DNA of 63,166 nucleotides from Thermoproteota archaeon (GTDB taxonomy: Archaea > Thermoproteota > Thermoprotei_A > Sulfolobales > Ignisphaeraceae): the NCBI GenBank assembly GCA_013154235.1, contig JAADCV010000100.1, positions 1-63,166 on the forward strand, read 5' to 3'. The position numbers and the translations under genes were made by a program. This document shows, one piece after another, positions 38,008 to 47,421 of this stretch (position 1 is the first letter of the stretch; each line of letters begins with the position of its first letter). The notes under the pieces are model-generated. The model saw only the letters and a program-made list of their open reading frames with translations. It had not been told where the DNA came from and made no database searches.

Positions 38008-39372
38008 ATGGCTGGAGTAATCAAGGGTATAGCTAGAGCTCCACGCACTATCTATGCTGCCTTCGCTCTAGAGGCGCTGATATCGGGGTTCTACGTAGTT
38101 ATAACAAGGAGCCTCGCACCGATATTCTTTGCTGTATATGGGCTCCCGCTCGTCGATATAGTCAAGCTCAATCTTCTCGCTAACATTGCAGCTCTAGCTC
38201 TCGCACTAGCTATCTACAGCTACGGAAACATCTTTGTCTCTGGAAGAACGAGGGCAAAGCTAGCGCTGTTCCATGGTCTAGAGCGCGTGTGCTGGGCGAT
38301 GATACCTCTATCAGCGTTCTACGCGCCCTCGCTACTCCCGGTAACGTACGCTGCTGCAGTATGCGCTACCGTTCCAACGAGCATACTCATCAACGTCTCC
38401 ATAATAAATAGCGTGGATAGCCAGACCGTGAAGAGGCTGTTCGCGCATAGAAGTGCGCTAGGTGCTGTGTCTAGCGTTATAGGGCAAGTCACTATGGTTG
38501 CTGCGCTCGCTCTAATCCCCTCGTTCTCCAAGTACCTCTACCTCTACCTGCTAGCATCTGGAGTAGGGCTCATAGCAACCACGATAGTCGCGTCAGCACC
38601 CATAGTGGGAGTAGAGAACGTGTATAGCGAGAGCGAGGAGGAGGCTCTGGTTAAGGCATCGACCTCCTTCACTTTCTTCGTAACACTGCTAGCGTCCACG
38701 TCAATACTTGGGGTGGTATGGGGGCCGCACCTAATCAAGGATCTTCGTGCCCCAGCGTTCGTCGCAGCATCGCTAGGTCTTGTACAGACAGTTACAAGCA
38801 TCGGTGCATCTATACTATGGCAGCGCGCTAAATACACCATGTATCGGGCGGCTGTTCTAGGCACAGCAGTCACGCCTATACTCGTAGCGCTTGTCCCTAA
38901 TCCCTACGCACACCTAGGGATAGCAGCACTCTATGCTTTTACCAATACTGGAGCCAACTTCCTAGCTAGCTTCATATTCGCAGACGTATCTAGAAGGGTG
39001 GGCGTGTTCAAGTCATCAACGATGCTCACCAGCGCTTGGGTACTATCGCAGGTCGTTGGTTTAGCCCCTTGCTATCTAGCGCTAGCTGCTGGTGCGCCAA
39101 CGTGGGTCGCATTCGCTGTATGCATAGGCTTCGTCGCGCTCTCAAGCTTTATCGCATTTACAGCCCTCCCAGAGGTAGCCCTGGTACCGCCTCACATAGC
39201 TAATCTCTACGCTAGAAACCTCTACCAGCTCTCTATAGCTAGCTACACCTTCGTAATGTTCACGGTCAAGAGCTACGCGCTGCTAGCTGTAAGGCTCCTA
39301 GCTTTAGCGTTCGTAATTCTCTTACTGTTCGTAATTTATAGGGTTCTCTACTACTTAGCGTCGGCTGGATAG
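38008..39372 (+). CDS. MFS-like multi-pass membrane protein
   Basis: About 13 TM segments; GAGG SD before ATG 38008. Confidence 0.7.
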   Translation: MAGVIKGIARAPRTIYAAFALEALISGFYVVITRSLAPIFFAVYGLPLVDIVKLNLLANIAALALALAIYSYGNIFVSGRTRAKLALFHGLERVCWAMIPLSAFYAPSLLPVTYAAAVCATVPTSILINVSIINSVDSQTVKRLFAHRSALGAVSSVIGQVTMVAALALIPSFSKYLYLYLLASGVGLIATTIVASAPIVGVENVYSESEEEALVKASTSFTFFVTLLASTSILGVVWGPHLIKDLRAPAFVAASLGLVQTVTSIGASILWQRAKYTMYRAAVLGTAVTPILVALVPNPYAHLGIAALYAFTNTGANFLASFIFADVSRRVGVFKSSTMLTSAWVLSQVVGLAPCYLALAAGAPTWVAFAVCIGFVALSSFIAFTALPEVALVPPHIANLYARNLYQLSIASYTFVMFTVKSYALLAVRLLALAFVILLLFVIYRVLYYLASAG

Positions 39373-39376
39373 AGCG

Positions 39377-40018
39377 ATGAGTGCATCGCCTCTAGCCAAC
39401 GAGACCCTGATAAACGTGCTGCGGGAGGCGCTTCGAAACACTATCCGTGACCTACTGGCGATAGCGCCGAAGGTTTTCGTAGCTGCGCTGGTGGTTGCGC
39501 TGATTGCGGTCGTGGGGATGCTGATTGTTCGCATGGTTAAGAGGATCCTTGCATCGCTACGCGTGGATGACCTCGTGAAGCCTGTTGTCGAGCGGTACCA
39601 GATACCAGTATCCATAACCGGTATAGTCGTGGCACTAATCGAGGTTGGACTAGCTATTCTAGCGATATACGCAATAACCTACAGTCTATTCCCGAGTTTC
39701 GTGACCTACGTCAACGCATTCATGAACTTGGTTGGCAAGGTGATAAGCGTTATCGTAATGATATTCGTTGTTGTAATATCACTAACGCTAGTGGTCGAGA
39801 GAATGCGTATAGAGCGTGGTCTCAGAGGATTCATGCTTCTTCTAACTCTTCTAATATCACTAACGCTAATCATAGACGTGACCAACATAAGTCCGGATCT
39901 CAAGAAGGCGCTAGCCTGGGGGCTAAGCTTAGGGATAGGCCTATCGATAGGTGTATTCACAGCATGGTACTTCTTCGGCGAGCTGCTCGAGAAGAAGTGC
40001 CGTAGCGACCAACGCTAG
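39377..40018 (+). CDS. Membrane protein with MscS-associated TM-helix-like segments
   Basis: APKVFVAALV...G pattern, 5 TM. Confidence 0.65.
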   Translation: MSASPLANETLINVLREALRNTIRDLLAIAPKVFVAALVVALIAVVGMLIVRMVKRILASLRVDDLVKPVVERYQIPVSITGIVVALIEVGLAILAIYAITYSLFPSFVTYVNAFMNLVGKVISVIVMIFVVVISLTLVVERMRIERGLRGFMLLLTLLISLTLIIDVTNISPDLKKALAWGLSLGIGLSIGVFTAWYFFGELLEKKCRSDQR

Positions 40019-40671
40019 CACTCCACCACCCTCTCAATGCATTCAGGAGGAACATACTCCACTGTTCTTACGCTAGACGAAGCCTCGTAAACGCGTATAC
40101 CCTTGCTACGTAGGCACTCAGCATCGATCACTAGCACAACCACGTCGTTCCCGTGCCTCTTACCCACGCTACACGCGTCCCCGAGCGTTGTAGATAGGTG
40201 CACGAACATCCTCCTCATGGGCTTCACGCCCTCGCGCAGTATTCTAGTCAAGGCTCTTCGCGTAGTCCCGTGATACAGCACACGAGCACTGCGATCCAAC
40301 GGATACTCTATTTTTAGGCCTAGACGAGACGCGTGCCCGTACCTAGCGCGAATGAGCCCGTTTCTAACCTCGTATCTCCCCTTAGGATCCGTTAGCGCTA
40401 CCGCCATGATATGCAGTGGCTGCACCCACCTGTACTCATCTCTATTCCTCCAACGCTCTCTGATCGCGCGAGCAAGCTCATCGATGGGAACCCATCCACC
40501 GTCATCAAGCTCTAGCCCAGCACTCTCTGGGCAGTGCCGTAGAAGAAACGCCATTAACTTACTGAGCTTAACCCTTCTCACGCCGTCAATCACTAGCTCT
40601 GCTTGTTCACCACAGTGGTAGGGAAGCTCCGTGAAGCTACCGCACTTCCTACATCTATAAACGGACTTCAT
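40015..40671 (-). CDS. kptA: RNA 2'-phosphotransferase KptA/Tpt1
   Basis: LSKLMAFLLRH, KGRYE, IRARYGH, LYHGT, VHLS, VPPECI; N-terminal CxxC..HCG. Confidence 0.93.
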   Translation of the reverse strand: MKSVYRCRKCGSFTELPYHCGEQAELVIDGVRRVKLSKLMAFLLRHCPESAGLELDDGGWVPIDELARAIRERWRNRDEYRWVQPLHIMAVALTDPKGRYEVRNGLIRARYGHASRLGLKIEYPLDRSARVLYHGTTRRALTRILREGVKPMRRMFVHLSTTLGDACSVGKRHGNDVVVLVIDAECLRSKGIRVYEASSSVRTVEYVPPECIERVVEC

Positions 40672-40700
40672 ACCCTAGGGGTATAGGTAACGGGGGTAAA

Positions 40701-41501
40701 ATGGTGATCTGCAACGAGATCGCAGCTCCGGAAGTACCTATAGAGAAAGCCATGATAGCTCTGTGCTATCCAGCGCCGTGGGATACCTCGTGCAAGGACA
40801 GGATTCGTGAGCTGAGAAGCTTAGGGATTACCTCTATACTATCCTATGGAAGGTTCCGCGTAACGCAATTCATATCGGTTGTAGGAAAAGGTCATGCAGC
40901 TGTAGTCCTCCTAGCTAGGCACTCGAAGCACGGGATTGTCGCTGTAAAGGCTAGAAGGCTCGATTCTAAGCGCAGCAGCCTTGAACTCGAGGGAAGGCTT
41001 CTAGAGATAGCTCGCGAAACGTGCTTCGTTCCGTCGGTATACGCGTATACGCGCAACTTCATAGTGAGAGAGTTCATCGAAGGCCCAACGCTCCAAGAGT
41101 ACCTACGGAAAGCTCGCAGAGATCGCGAGTCTAGGTCTACGCTCCGCATGCTGTTCTCGAGAGTAGCGCTCGGATTCGCTAAGCTTGACGCTATAGGTAT
41201 AGATGTTGATGAGGTCTCGAGACCACTAACGCAAATAGTTATCGAGTGCGGCGATCCAAACAAGCCAAAGCTTATCGATTTAGAGAGCGCGAGGCTCTCG
41301 AGCCGACCTAGCAGCCTCACAAGATTTCTAGGATCCCTAGCTAGAGCAGTAGACGGAATCCCCATCTTCGAGCTGCTGGGTCTAAGCCTAGAGGAGTTTA
41401 GGGCGCTTCGCGAGCTAGCTAGCGAATATAAGAGGTCCGTACACTCAACACAACGTGAGAAGGTGGTGAATCGCATCATATCCTTGCTAAAGGGCGCGTG
41501 A
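40701..41501 (+). CDS. ArkI-like (COG2112) kinase-fold protein
   Basis: GKG Gly-loop, VAVKARRLDS.R..L..EG, EFIEG, LD.IGID..E.SRP, IDLESA. Confidence 0.75.
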   Translation: MVICNEIAAPEVPIEKAMIALCYPAPWDTSCKDRIRELRSLGITSILSYGRFRVTQFISVVGKGHAAVVLLARHSKHGIVAVKARRLDSKRSSLELEGRLLEIARETCFVPSVYAYTRNFIVREFIEGPTLQEYLRKARRDRESRSTLRMLFSRVALGFAKLDAIGIDVDEVSRPLTQIVIECGDPNKPKLIDLESARLSSRPSSLTRFLGSLARAVDGIPIFELLGLSLEEFRALRELASEYKRSVHSTQREKVVNRIISLLKGA

Positions 41502-41553
41502 TGAGCACGGCTGTATCTGAGACCCCGATGATGTGAACCCGTGTTTCTGATAA
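41495..41553 (+). ncRNA. Box C/D guide sRNA with U18-like D guide
   Basis: GTGATGA(41498)-GCACGGCTGTAT-CTGA(41517)-GACCC-CGATGA-TGTGAACCCGTGTTT-CTGA(41547); C box overlaps kinase stop codon. Confidence 0.82.
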
Positions 41554-42474
41554 TCACTCGTACTTGTAGTACGGCTCTCTGAGCTCGTTAACCTCAACAA
41601 ACTTTGCTATAACACAGTCCAACACTCTTCCTTCATTACTCTTAAAACAGTTGAATAAATCAATCGACGACCTCAATGCAATACAGGGAAGCAGCTTTCC
41701 ATCAGGAGAAAGCCTAACGCGATCGCAGAACATACAGAACCTTGGGTTGCCAAACCACGCAACAATCTCAACCTCAACTCCGTTCTCTAGAACATAAACC
41801 GGTCTAGCATGAAGCTGCCTTGTATACACTCTACGAGCGCGCGCCTCTAGGCGCTCAACTATATCGTTTAGAGATCTATGATACCTCGAGAACACATCTA
41901 TACCCGACCCCACGGGCTCGAGCTCAATGAGCCTTAGTCTAGCCTCGTATCTCGAGGCTAACTCAAGCAGTCTCTCGAGATCCTCTATGGTGAAGCTCTT
42001 GAGAACAACTGTGTTTATAGTTATAGGCGTTAGCCCATAGAGATACGCCTCCTTAATACCATTCAAGACCTTCTCTAGAGCATCAACGCCAGTTACAGAC
42101 CGGAAAACATCTCTTCTCGTACTAGGAAGACTTACGCAGACCCTCCTCAACCCAGCCTCCGCAAGCTTACCCGATAGCTCTGCCAGGTAGAACCCATTTG
42201 TCGTCATAGAGACCTCCTTAACGTTCTCAGAAAAGACTCTAACTATATCAACAACATCCTCTCTAACGAGAGGCTCGCCACCAGTTAACTTAACTCTTTC
42301 TATACCAAGAGCTTTGCACGCTCTACCAACAACTTCGTAATGATGGGGAGACAAGAGCTCACTGCAGCTCCTAGGCATTCCCTCATTATGGCAGTACACG
42401 CACCTAAAGTTGCAGCGAGATGTCACCGATACTCTAAGGCTCTTAAGTGGTCTACCGAAGCGATCTCTTAGCAC
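41554..42474 (-). CDS. moaA: GTP 3',8-cyclase MoaA
   Basis: DRFGR, LRVSVT.RCNFRCVYCH, KLTGGEPL, FCMFCDRVRL..DGKL.PC. Confidence 0.93.
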   Translation of the reverse strand: MLRDRFGRPLKSLRVSVTSRCNFRCVYCHNEGMPRSCSELLSPHHYEVVGRACKALGIERVKLTGGEPLVREDVVDIVRVFSENVKEVSMTTNGFYLAELSGKLAEAGLRRVCVSLPSTRRDVFRSVTGVDALEKVLNGIKEAYLYGLTPITINTVVLKSFTIEDLERLLELASRYEARLRLIELEPVGSGIDVFSRYHRSLNDIVERLEARARRVYTRQLHARPVYVLENGVEVEIVAWFGNPRFCMFCDRVRLSPDGKLLPCIALRSSIDLFNCFKSNEGRVLDCVIAKFVEVNELREPYYKYE

Positions 42475-42535
42475 CAGGCGTCAGCACCCCTGCACTATAC
42501 CTAGGATCGATTGCTGCATCTATAAGGGTGTTACT

Positions 42536-43858
42536 ATGATTAGAAGCCTGGGCGTAGCAATACTGTACTTCTCGAGAAGCGGTAAGTATGGTGCATACGC
42601 TCTAGCTGCAGCTCTCGAATCGAGGCACAAAGACCTGCACGCTCTCCTCATAGATCTCGATAGGGAATCGTGTGTTGTAGAGAGACTGCGGGAACTCGCT
42701 AGGAAGTTCCGCAAGCTGATAGTTGGCGTGTCTTTCAACAGCTTGAAGCTCGATTACGTGCGACACCTAGCCTCAGCCATAAAAACTTTCATTCCTAACG
42801 CTATCCTTGTTGCCGGAGGCCCGCATCCCTCAGCTGATCCCCTAGGAACGCTAACAAAGCTAGGCTTTGATCTAGCTGTGGTAGGAGAAGGAGAGGAAAC
42901 AATGCTAGAGCTTGTAGAGGATATGCGCAACGGAGGCGAGGGGCGTGTCTGCGGAACTGCATACATCGAAGGTAGCTCTGTAGTTGTTAAGAGGAGGTCG
43001 AGATTCGTAAACCTAGACGAGTTCCCTCCGACTCCCACATGGAGAGGGATATTCGGCCCAATAGAGATAATGCGTGGCTGCGCCTCTTGTTGCCGCTTCT
43101 GCCAAGTATGCTACGTTTTCGGAAGGCCGCGTTACAGATCCAAGTACGCCATCCTTAGCTACGCTAGAGCTATGTGGAGCAAGGGTCTCCGGGATCTCCG
43201 CTTTATAGCCCCGAACTCATTTGGCTGGGCAAGCAACGATGGTATCAAGCCTAATCCCTCAGCACTCCTAGACCTCTTAGAGTCTTTGAGAGCCGAAGCC
43301 GATAGATATGGAGGAAGAATATTCCTCGGCACATTCCCAAGCGAGGTTAGGCCTGATTCTACGGATCCAGAAATGGTTAAAGAGCTTCGAGGCTTAGTTG
43401 ATAACAAGAGAGTTATAGTGGGTGCGCAGAGCGGTTCGGATAGAATGCTCAAGCTGATGAATAGGCGCCACAGTGCGCAGGATGTCATTGATGCCGTAGA
43501 TGCGCTAATCAAAGCAGGCTTTGAGGTAGACGTAGACATAATATTCGGACTTCCCGGCGAGACACACGATGATATTCTCGAGACCTTAAAACTGTGTAAA
43601 GCGCTCGTAGACATGGGAGCGCGAATACATGCACACACATTCATGCCCCTACCGGGAACCCCTCTCGACTCTGCACCGCCGGGTTCCATCCCTCACTGGG
43701 TTAAGAAGGAGATAGCGAAGCTTGTAGGCAAGGGAAAAGCTTATGGGTATTGGCGTGAGCAAGAGGTTCTTGCACGCGTTCTCGTCAGCTTCCGAGAGTC
43801 CAAGCTCTTTTACACCCTACATGAACAGAGAAAACGTATAAAAACGGTAATTTGCTAA
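42536..43858 (+). CDS. B12-binding/radical SAM protein (TIGR04013-like)
   Basis: AGGPHPS, GEGE, RGC...CRFC, GTFPSEVRPD, GAQSGS, HTFMPLPGTP; ATG 42536. Confidence 0.88.
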   Translation: MIRSLGVAILYFSRSGKYGAYALAAALESRHKDLHALLIDLDRESCVVERLRELARKFRKLIVGVSFNSLKLDYVRHLASAIKTFIPNAILVAGGPHPSADPLGTLTKLGFDLAVVGEGEETMLELVEDMRNGGEGRVCGTAYIEGSSVVVKRRSRFVNLDEFPPTPTWRGIFGPIEIMRGCASCCRFCQVCYVFGRPRYRSKYAILSYARAMWSKGLRDLRFIAPNSFGWASNDGIKPNPSALLDLLESLRAEADRYGGRIFLGTFPSEVRPDSTDPEMVKELRGLVDNKRVIVGAQSGSDRMLKLMNRRHSAQDVIDAVDALIKAGFEVDVDIIFGLPGETHDDILETLKLCKALVDMGARIHAHTFMPLPGTPLDSAPPGSIPHWVKKEIAKLVGKGKAYGYWREQEVLARVLVSFRESKLFYTLHEQRKRIKTVIC

Positions 43859-43887
43859 CATCTGTCCAAGACCTCTGCGCAAAATTG

Positions 43888-43901
43888 TGAACATATGTTC
43901 A
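43888..43901. promoter_or_regulatory. Perfect 14-bp palindrome upstream of glnA (candidate operator)
   Basis: TGAACATATGTTCA. Confidence 0.45.
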
Positions 43902-44002
43902 TGAAGTAAATCACGTGCCCAGCTGCAGCCATTAGACGAACGTCCATTATCTAAAGCCGCTCAGCATATCAACCTATCCTTGCAACCCCTAATCCGAGGT
44001 GA

Positions 44003-45391
44003 ATGGATACGGCAAGCGTAGTGAGCAAGATACGTGGATCAGAGGTTGAGTGGATAGACCTGCACTTCACCGATCTTGCCGGGTACCTTAGGCACGTAAC
44101 TATTCATGCATCGCTCGTAACTGAGGATGCCATTAAGAGAGGGCTGGGAAAGCTCGATGGAAGTAGCGTGAAGGGGTTTAGCGATATACACGAGAGCGAC
44201 CTTGTACTAAGACCTCTTGAAGAGACCTTCGCGTTAATTCCCTGGAGCAAAGGGCTTGCCAGATTCATATGTGCTGTTCACTCACCCGATGGATCCAGAT
44301 TCCCTAGAGACCCTCGGTGGATAGCAGAGAGAGCTGAGCAGTATCTCGCTGAGCAAGGACTTAGAGCTCTCGTAGCAGCAGAGCTCGAGTTCTTCATATT
44401 CGACTCAGTAAAGGTCTCTATCCAGCCGACAAAGCAGTGCTACGAGATAGTATCTAGTGAGATCGAGGGAACTAACTTCTTCAACAGGGTTAAGGAAGGA
44501 TACTACGTGCCTACGCCACACGATAAGTACCTAGATCTAAGGATGGAGATCTGCGACCACCTAAGGAAGTACTTTGGCATACCCACAACAGTCGCTCATC
44601 ACGAGGTCGCCGCCGCTGGCCAAGCAGAGATAAATTACGAGGCTGACTCGCCAGCGCGCTCAGCTGATGCAGTTCAAACAATAAAGTTCGTTGTAAAGAA
44701 CGTTTCGTGGAAGCACGGGCTCACCGCAACATTCATGCCGAAACCCATTGCCGGAGACAATGGGAGCGGAATGCACGTCCACGTATCAATCTGGAGAGGC
44801 TCTGAGAACCTCTTCTACGATCCTAGCGATGAGTACGCCGAGCTAAGCCAATTCGCTAGATACTTCATAGGGGGACTCATAGAGCATGGCAGAGCGCTAT
44901 CAGCTATCGTTAGCCCTACGATAAACAGCTATAGAAGACTCATACCCGGGTACGAAGCACCGGTTTACCTCGTTTGGAGCCGCGCTAACAGGAGCGCAGC
45001 TATAAGAGTGCCCTACTACTTCAAGCGGGACGAACCCTCCAAGAAAAGAATTGAGTTTAGGCCTCCGGACCCCAGCGCTAACCCCTACCTAGCGTTTGCA
45101 GCTATAATCATGGCTGGAATGGACGGCGTTAAGAAAGCCATAGACCCTGGAAGCCCCATTGATGAGAACGTGTATAGACTAGATGATAGCGTTAGGAAAG
45201 CTATGGGCATAAGGACTGTTCCTAGATCACTTGAAGAAGCCCTAGACGAGCTTGAAAGCGATAACGAGTGGCTCAAGCCGGTGTTCCCCAGGGAGGTCAT
45301 AGAGACCTACATAGAGATGAAAAGACTCGAGTGCAAGAGATTTGCACAGGCGGTGAGCCCAATAGAGCTCTTCATGTACCTAGACGTGTAG
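44003..45391 (+). CDS. glnA: Glutamine synthetase type I
   Basis: LDGSS, HHEVA..GQ.EI, TFMPKP..GDNGSGMH.H, RLIPGYEAP, NRSAAIRVP, RIEFRPPD..ANPYL. Confidence 0.96.
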   Translation: MDTASVVSKIRGSEVEWIDLHFTDLAGYLRHVTIHASLVTEDAIKRGLGKLDGSSVKGFSDIHESDLVLRPLEETFALIPWSKGLARFICAVHSPDGSRFPRDPRWIAERAEQYLAEQGLRALVAAELEFFIFDSVKVSIQPTKQCYEIVSSEIEGTNFFNRVKEGYYVPTPHDKYLDLRMEICDHLRKYFGIPTTVAHHEVAAAGQAEINYEADSPARSADAVQTIKFVVKNVSWKHGLTATFMPKPIAGDNGSGMHVHVSIWRGSENLFYDPSDEYAELSQFARYFIGGLIEHGRALSAIVSPTINSYRRLIPGYEAPVYLVWSRANRSAAIRVPYYFKRDEPSKKRIEFRPPDPSANPYLAFAAIIMAGMDGVKKAIDPGSPIDENVYRLDDSVRKAMGIRTVPRSLEEALDELESDNEWLKPVFPREVIETYIEMKRLECKRFAQAVSPIELFMYLDV

Positions 45392-45447
45392 AGCTAAACA
45401 CCTATAACCCGTTTTCCCACGCTTATACCGAGCGGTGGACTCAAGGC

Positions 45448-46263
45448 GTGAAGAGATACAACCTTGTGTACGTGATATTCGCGCTAGCTGTGCTAGGATC
45501 TATAGTAAAGATCTTCGGGGGATTCGAGTACGGGTCGCGTGCACTATTCATAGACGCGCTAACATCCATGGCCAACCTCGTAGCCCTTGGACTAACAGCG
45601 CATTTTCTAAAGATGAGCTTAGCACCCCCAGACAAGGACCATCCCTATGGTCACTACCGAGTTGCTCTAGGAGGGCCATTCTCAACGCTGATAGCATACG
45701 CGTTTGTTGGAGGGATCGCTGTAACCGATCTAGTCAAAGTATCTCCGTATCACGTCTCGATATACGCTGCCATCTGTGCCGGGATAGGGCTATTCTTGTA
45801 CCTAGGAGCCATTCTGCTCTCCCGGAAGCTAGGAGGAGCACTATCAACCTACGCTGTATTTACGTGGACTGAGGTTCTCGAAAGCTCCATAACTATTGCA
45901 GCAGCGCTTGGAGGAGCGATCTTCTCCTACCTAGTCGACTACGTAGGCGCTATAGTGATAACAGCCTTCATATTCTACGAGATAGTGGAGGAGGGACGCA
46001 AGTTTCTAGAAATGATTAGCGACATAACGCAACCGCAGCTGATAGAGGAGATAGTAAGCGAGTTGAGCAAGCGTGGGCTTAGAGTGAAGTGCGTAAGAAT
46101 ACGAAGAGTCTCGCACAGCGTGTACCAAGGAGATATAACTATAGAGCTAGACCCCAATACCCCCCTAGATAAGGCTCATCAAGTTGCCGACGAGATCGAG
46201 AACCTTCTCAGGAACAAGTATCGCGTAGAAGCCGTGGTTCACGTAGAGCCGAGATCCTCTTAG
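45448..46263 (+). CDS. Cation diffusion facilitator (CDF) transporter
   Basis: SRALFIDA, PPDKDHPYGH.R, AHQVADEIE, VHVEP; start moved to GTG 45448. Confidence 0.88.
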   Translation: MKRYNLVYVIFALAVLGSIVKIFGGFEYGSRALFIDALTSMANLVALGLTAHFLKMSLAPPDKDHPYGHYRVALGGPFSTLIAYAFVGGIAVTDLVKVSPYHVSIYAAICAGIGLFLYLGAILLSRKLGGALSTYAVFTWTEVLESSITIAAALGGAIFSYLVDYVGAIVITAFIFYEIVEEGRKFLEMISDITQPQLIEEIVSELSKRGLRVKCVRIRRVSHSVYQGDITIELDPNTPLDKAHQVADEIENLLRNKYRVEAVVHVEPRSS

Positions 46264-46353
46264 TACGGCATATACAAGTTTTAGCGCTTATCCAACAGTT
46301 TATATCCGTGCATAGCTCTAGCTATTTCGAGGAGCCGCGGTAGGTGATGAGCC

Positions 46354-46683
46354 ACGTTCTTCTGTCCGAAGTGCGGTTCAGTGATGAGGAGCGTAAAGGG
46401 GAAGCTCGTATGCCCACGCTGCGGGTTTACACGTGATGCAAGCCCTAAGGACCTGGCGTCGATGAGAAAGGTGATCGTGTTCGAGCGAAGAATAGAGGCT
46501 AAGATAATCACCGTAGGCTTACCTCCAGGAGCGATACTTAGAAGCGATGTAACGTGCCCACGCTGCGGGCACAAAGGCGTGTATTACTGGCGTAGACAGC
46601 GCAGCAGTGCAGAAAGCTCGGATCTTATAGAAAGGGTCTGGAAGTGTCCCTCCTGCGGCCATGAATGGGTCGAAATAGAGTAG
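46354..46683 (+). CDS. TFS/RpoM paralog (non-canonical acidic hairpin), probable ACG start
   Basis: In-frame ACG-TTC-TTC-TGT-CCG-AAG-TGC-GGT (FFCPKCG) upstream of track start; four CxxC; SD AGGTGA. Confidence 0.82.
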   Translation, partial: TFFCPKCGSVMRSVKGKLVCPRCGFTRDASPKDLASMRKVIVFERRIEAKIITVGLPPGAILRSDVTCPRCGHKGVYYWRRQRSSAESSDLIERVWKCPSCGHEWVEIE

Positions 46684-46742
46684 TCGTGTCTCTCGCAAGC
46701 TATCTTTATATGCCTTCCCTCGTTCATAGCGTTGGGTGCGCG

Positions 46743-47345
46743 ATGAAGCGGGTGAAGCAAGTAGATACATCATGTCCTCACGGAATATACGTATACGATC
46801 GCGAAGCTGACGAGTGGGTGCTGGTAGCTACAGAAGGAGAACCCTTTAAGCCAACTAGGGATGGTATCTACGCTATATATTTCGATAACACCAAGTGCCC
46901 AGCATGTCGGAGGTACGATCCAATATGGTTTAACTACGTTAAGAAGTACTCGCAGAAGAATCCTCAAATGAACTTCGTAATAGTTCTATGCGAATGGTTT
47001 GCTCGGAACTGCAAATCTGAAGCAGCATCAAAGACGTTTAAGGAGTTCGACGTGCATGCGTCGCCCACTACCGTATTCCTCTACGTTAAGGGTGGGAAAG
47101 CCGTCTATAAGGAGAAGTACGAGGGAGTTCTCTACGAGTTCGAGCTATCAATGATAACAGACGGCTTCGCGGATCGCGCTGAGCGTAGCTTGCGTGGAGA
47201 AAAGGTTCAGCCACCCATAAAGGCAACAGCTTCATCAGCGCTTCAGCAACTAATATCAGAGCTGCTGAAGATGATTATAGAGAAGGAGATGAAGCAAGGA
47301 GCTAAAAGCGAAGAAACTAAAGAGAGCCCCGAGTCGGGAACCTGA
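46743..47345 (+). CDS. Thioredoxin-fold protein (CPAC)
   Basis: YFDNTKCPACR, V.ASPT; GGGTG SD before ATG 46743. Confidence 0.8.
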   Translation: MKRVKQVDTSCPHGIYVYDREADEWVLVATEGEPFKPTRDGIYAIYFDNTKCPACRRYDPIWFNYVKKYSQKNPQMNFVIVLCEWFARNCKSEAASKTFKEFDVHASPTTVFLYVKGGKAVYKEKYEGVLYEFELSMITDGFADRAERSLRGEKVQPPIKATASSALQQLISELLKMIIEKEMKQGAKSEETKESPESGT

Positions 47346-47353
47346 TTCGCTAT

Positions 47354-47414
47354 CCGATGAGGAGGTTCCTGCCGGACGGCTGATACCATGATGAATGAGG
47401 CCGCGACCTGAGGT
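47354..47414 (+). ncRNA. Box C/D guide sRNA
   Basis: ATGAGGA(47357)-GGTTCCTGCCGGACGG-CTGA(47380)-TACC-ATGATGA(47388)-ATGAGGCCGCGAC-CTGA(47408). Confidence 0.72.
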
Positions 47415-47421
47415 ATCTGAC

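Noticed and set aside
45268..45447. N-terminal extension of the CDF ORF overlapping glnA
   Set aside because: Overlaps glnA in another frame; a TATA-like element near 45423 supports the GTG 45448 start.
47364..47379. TCCTGCCGGAC resembles the 16S rRNA 5' end
   Set aside because: Only 11 nt, in sense orientation within an sRNA guide; not an rRNA gene.
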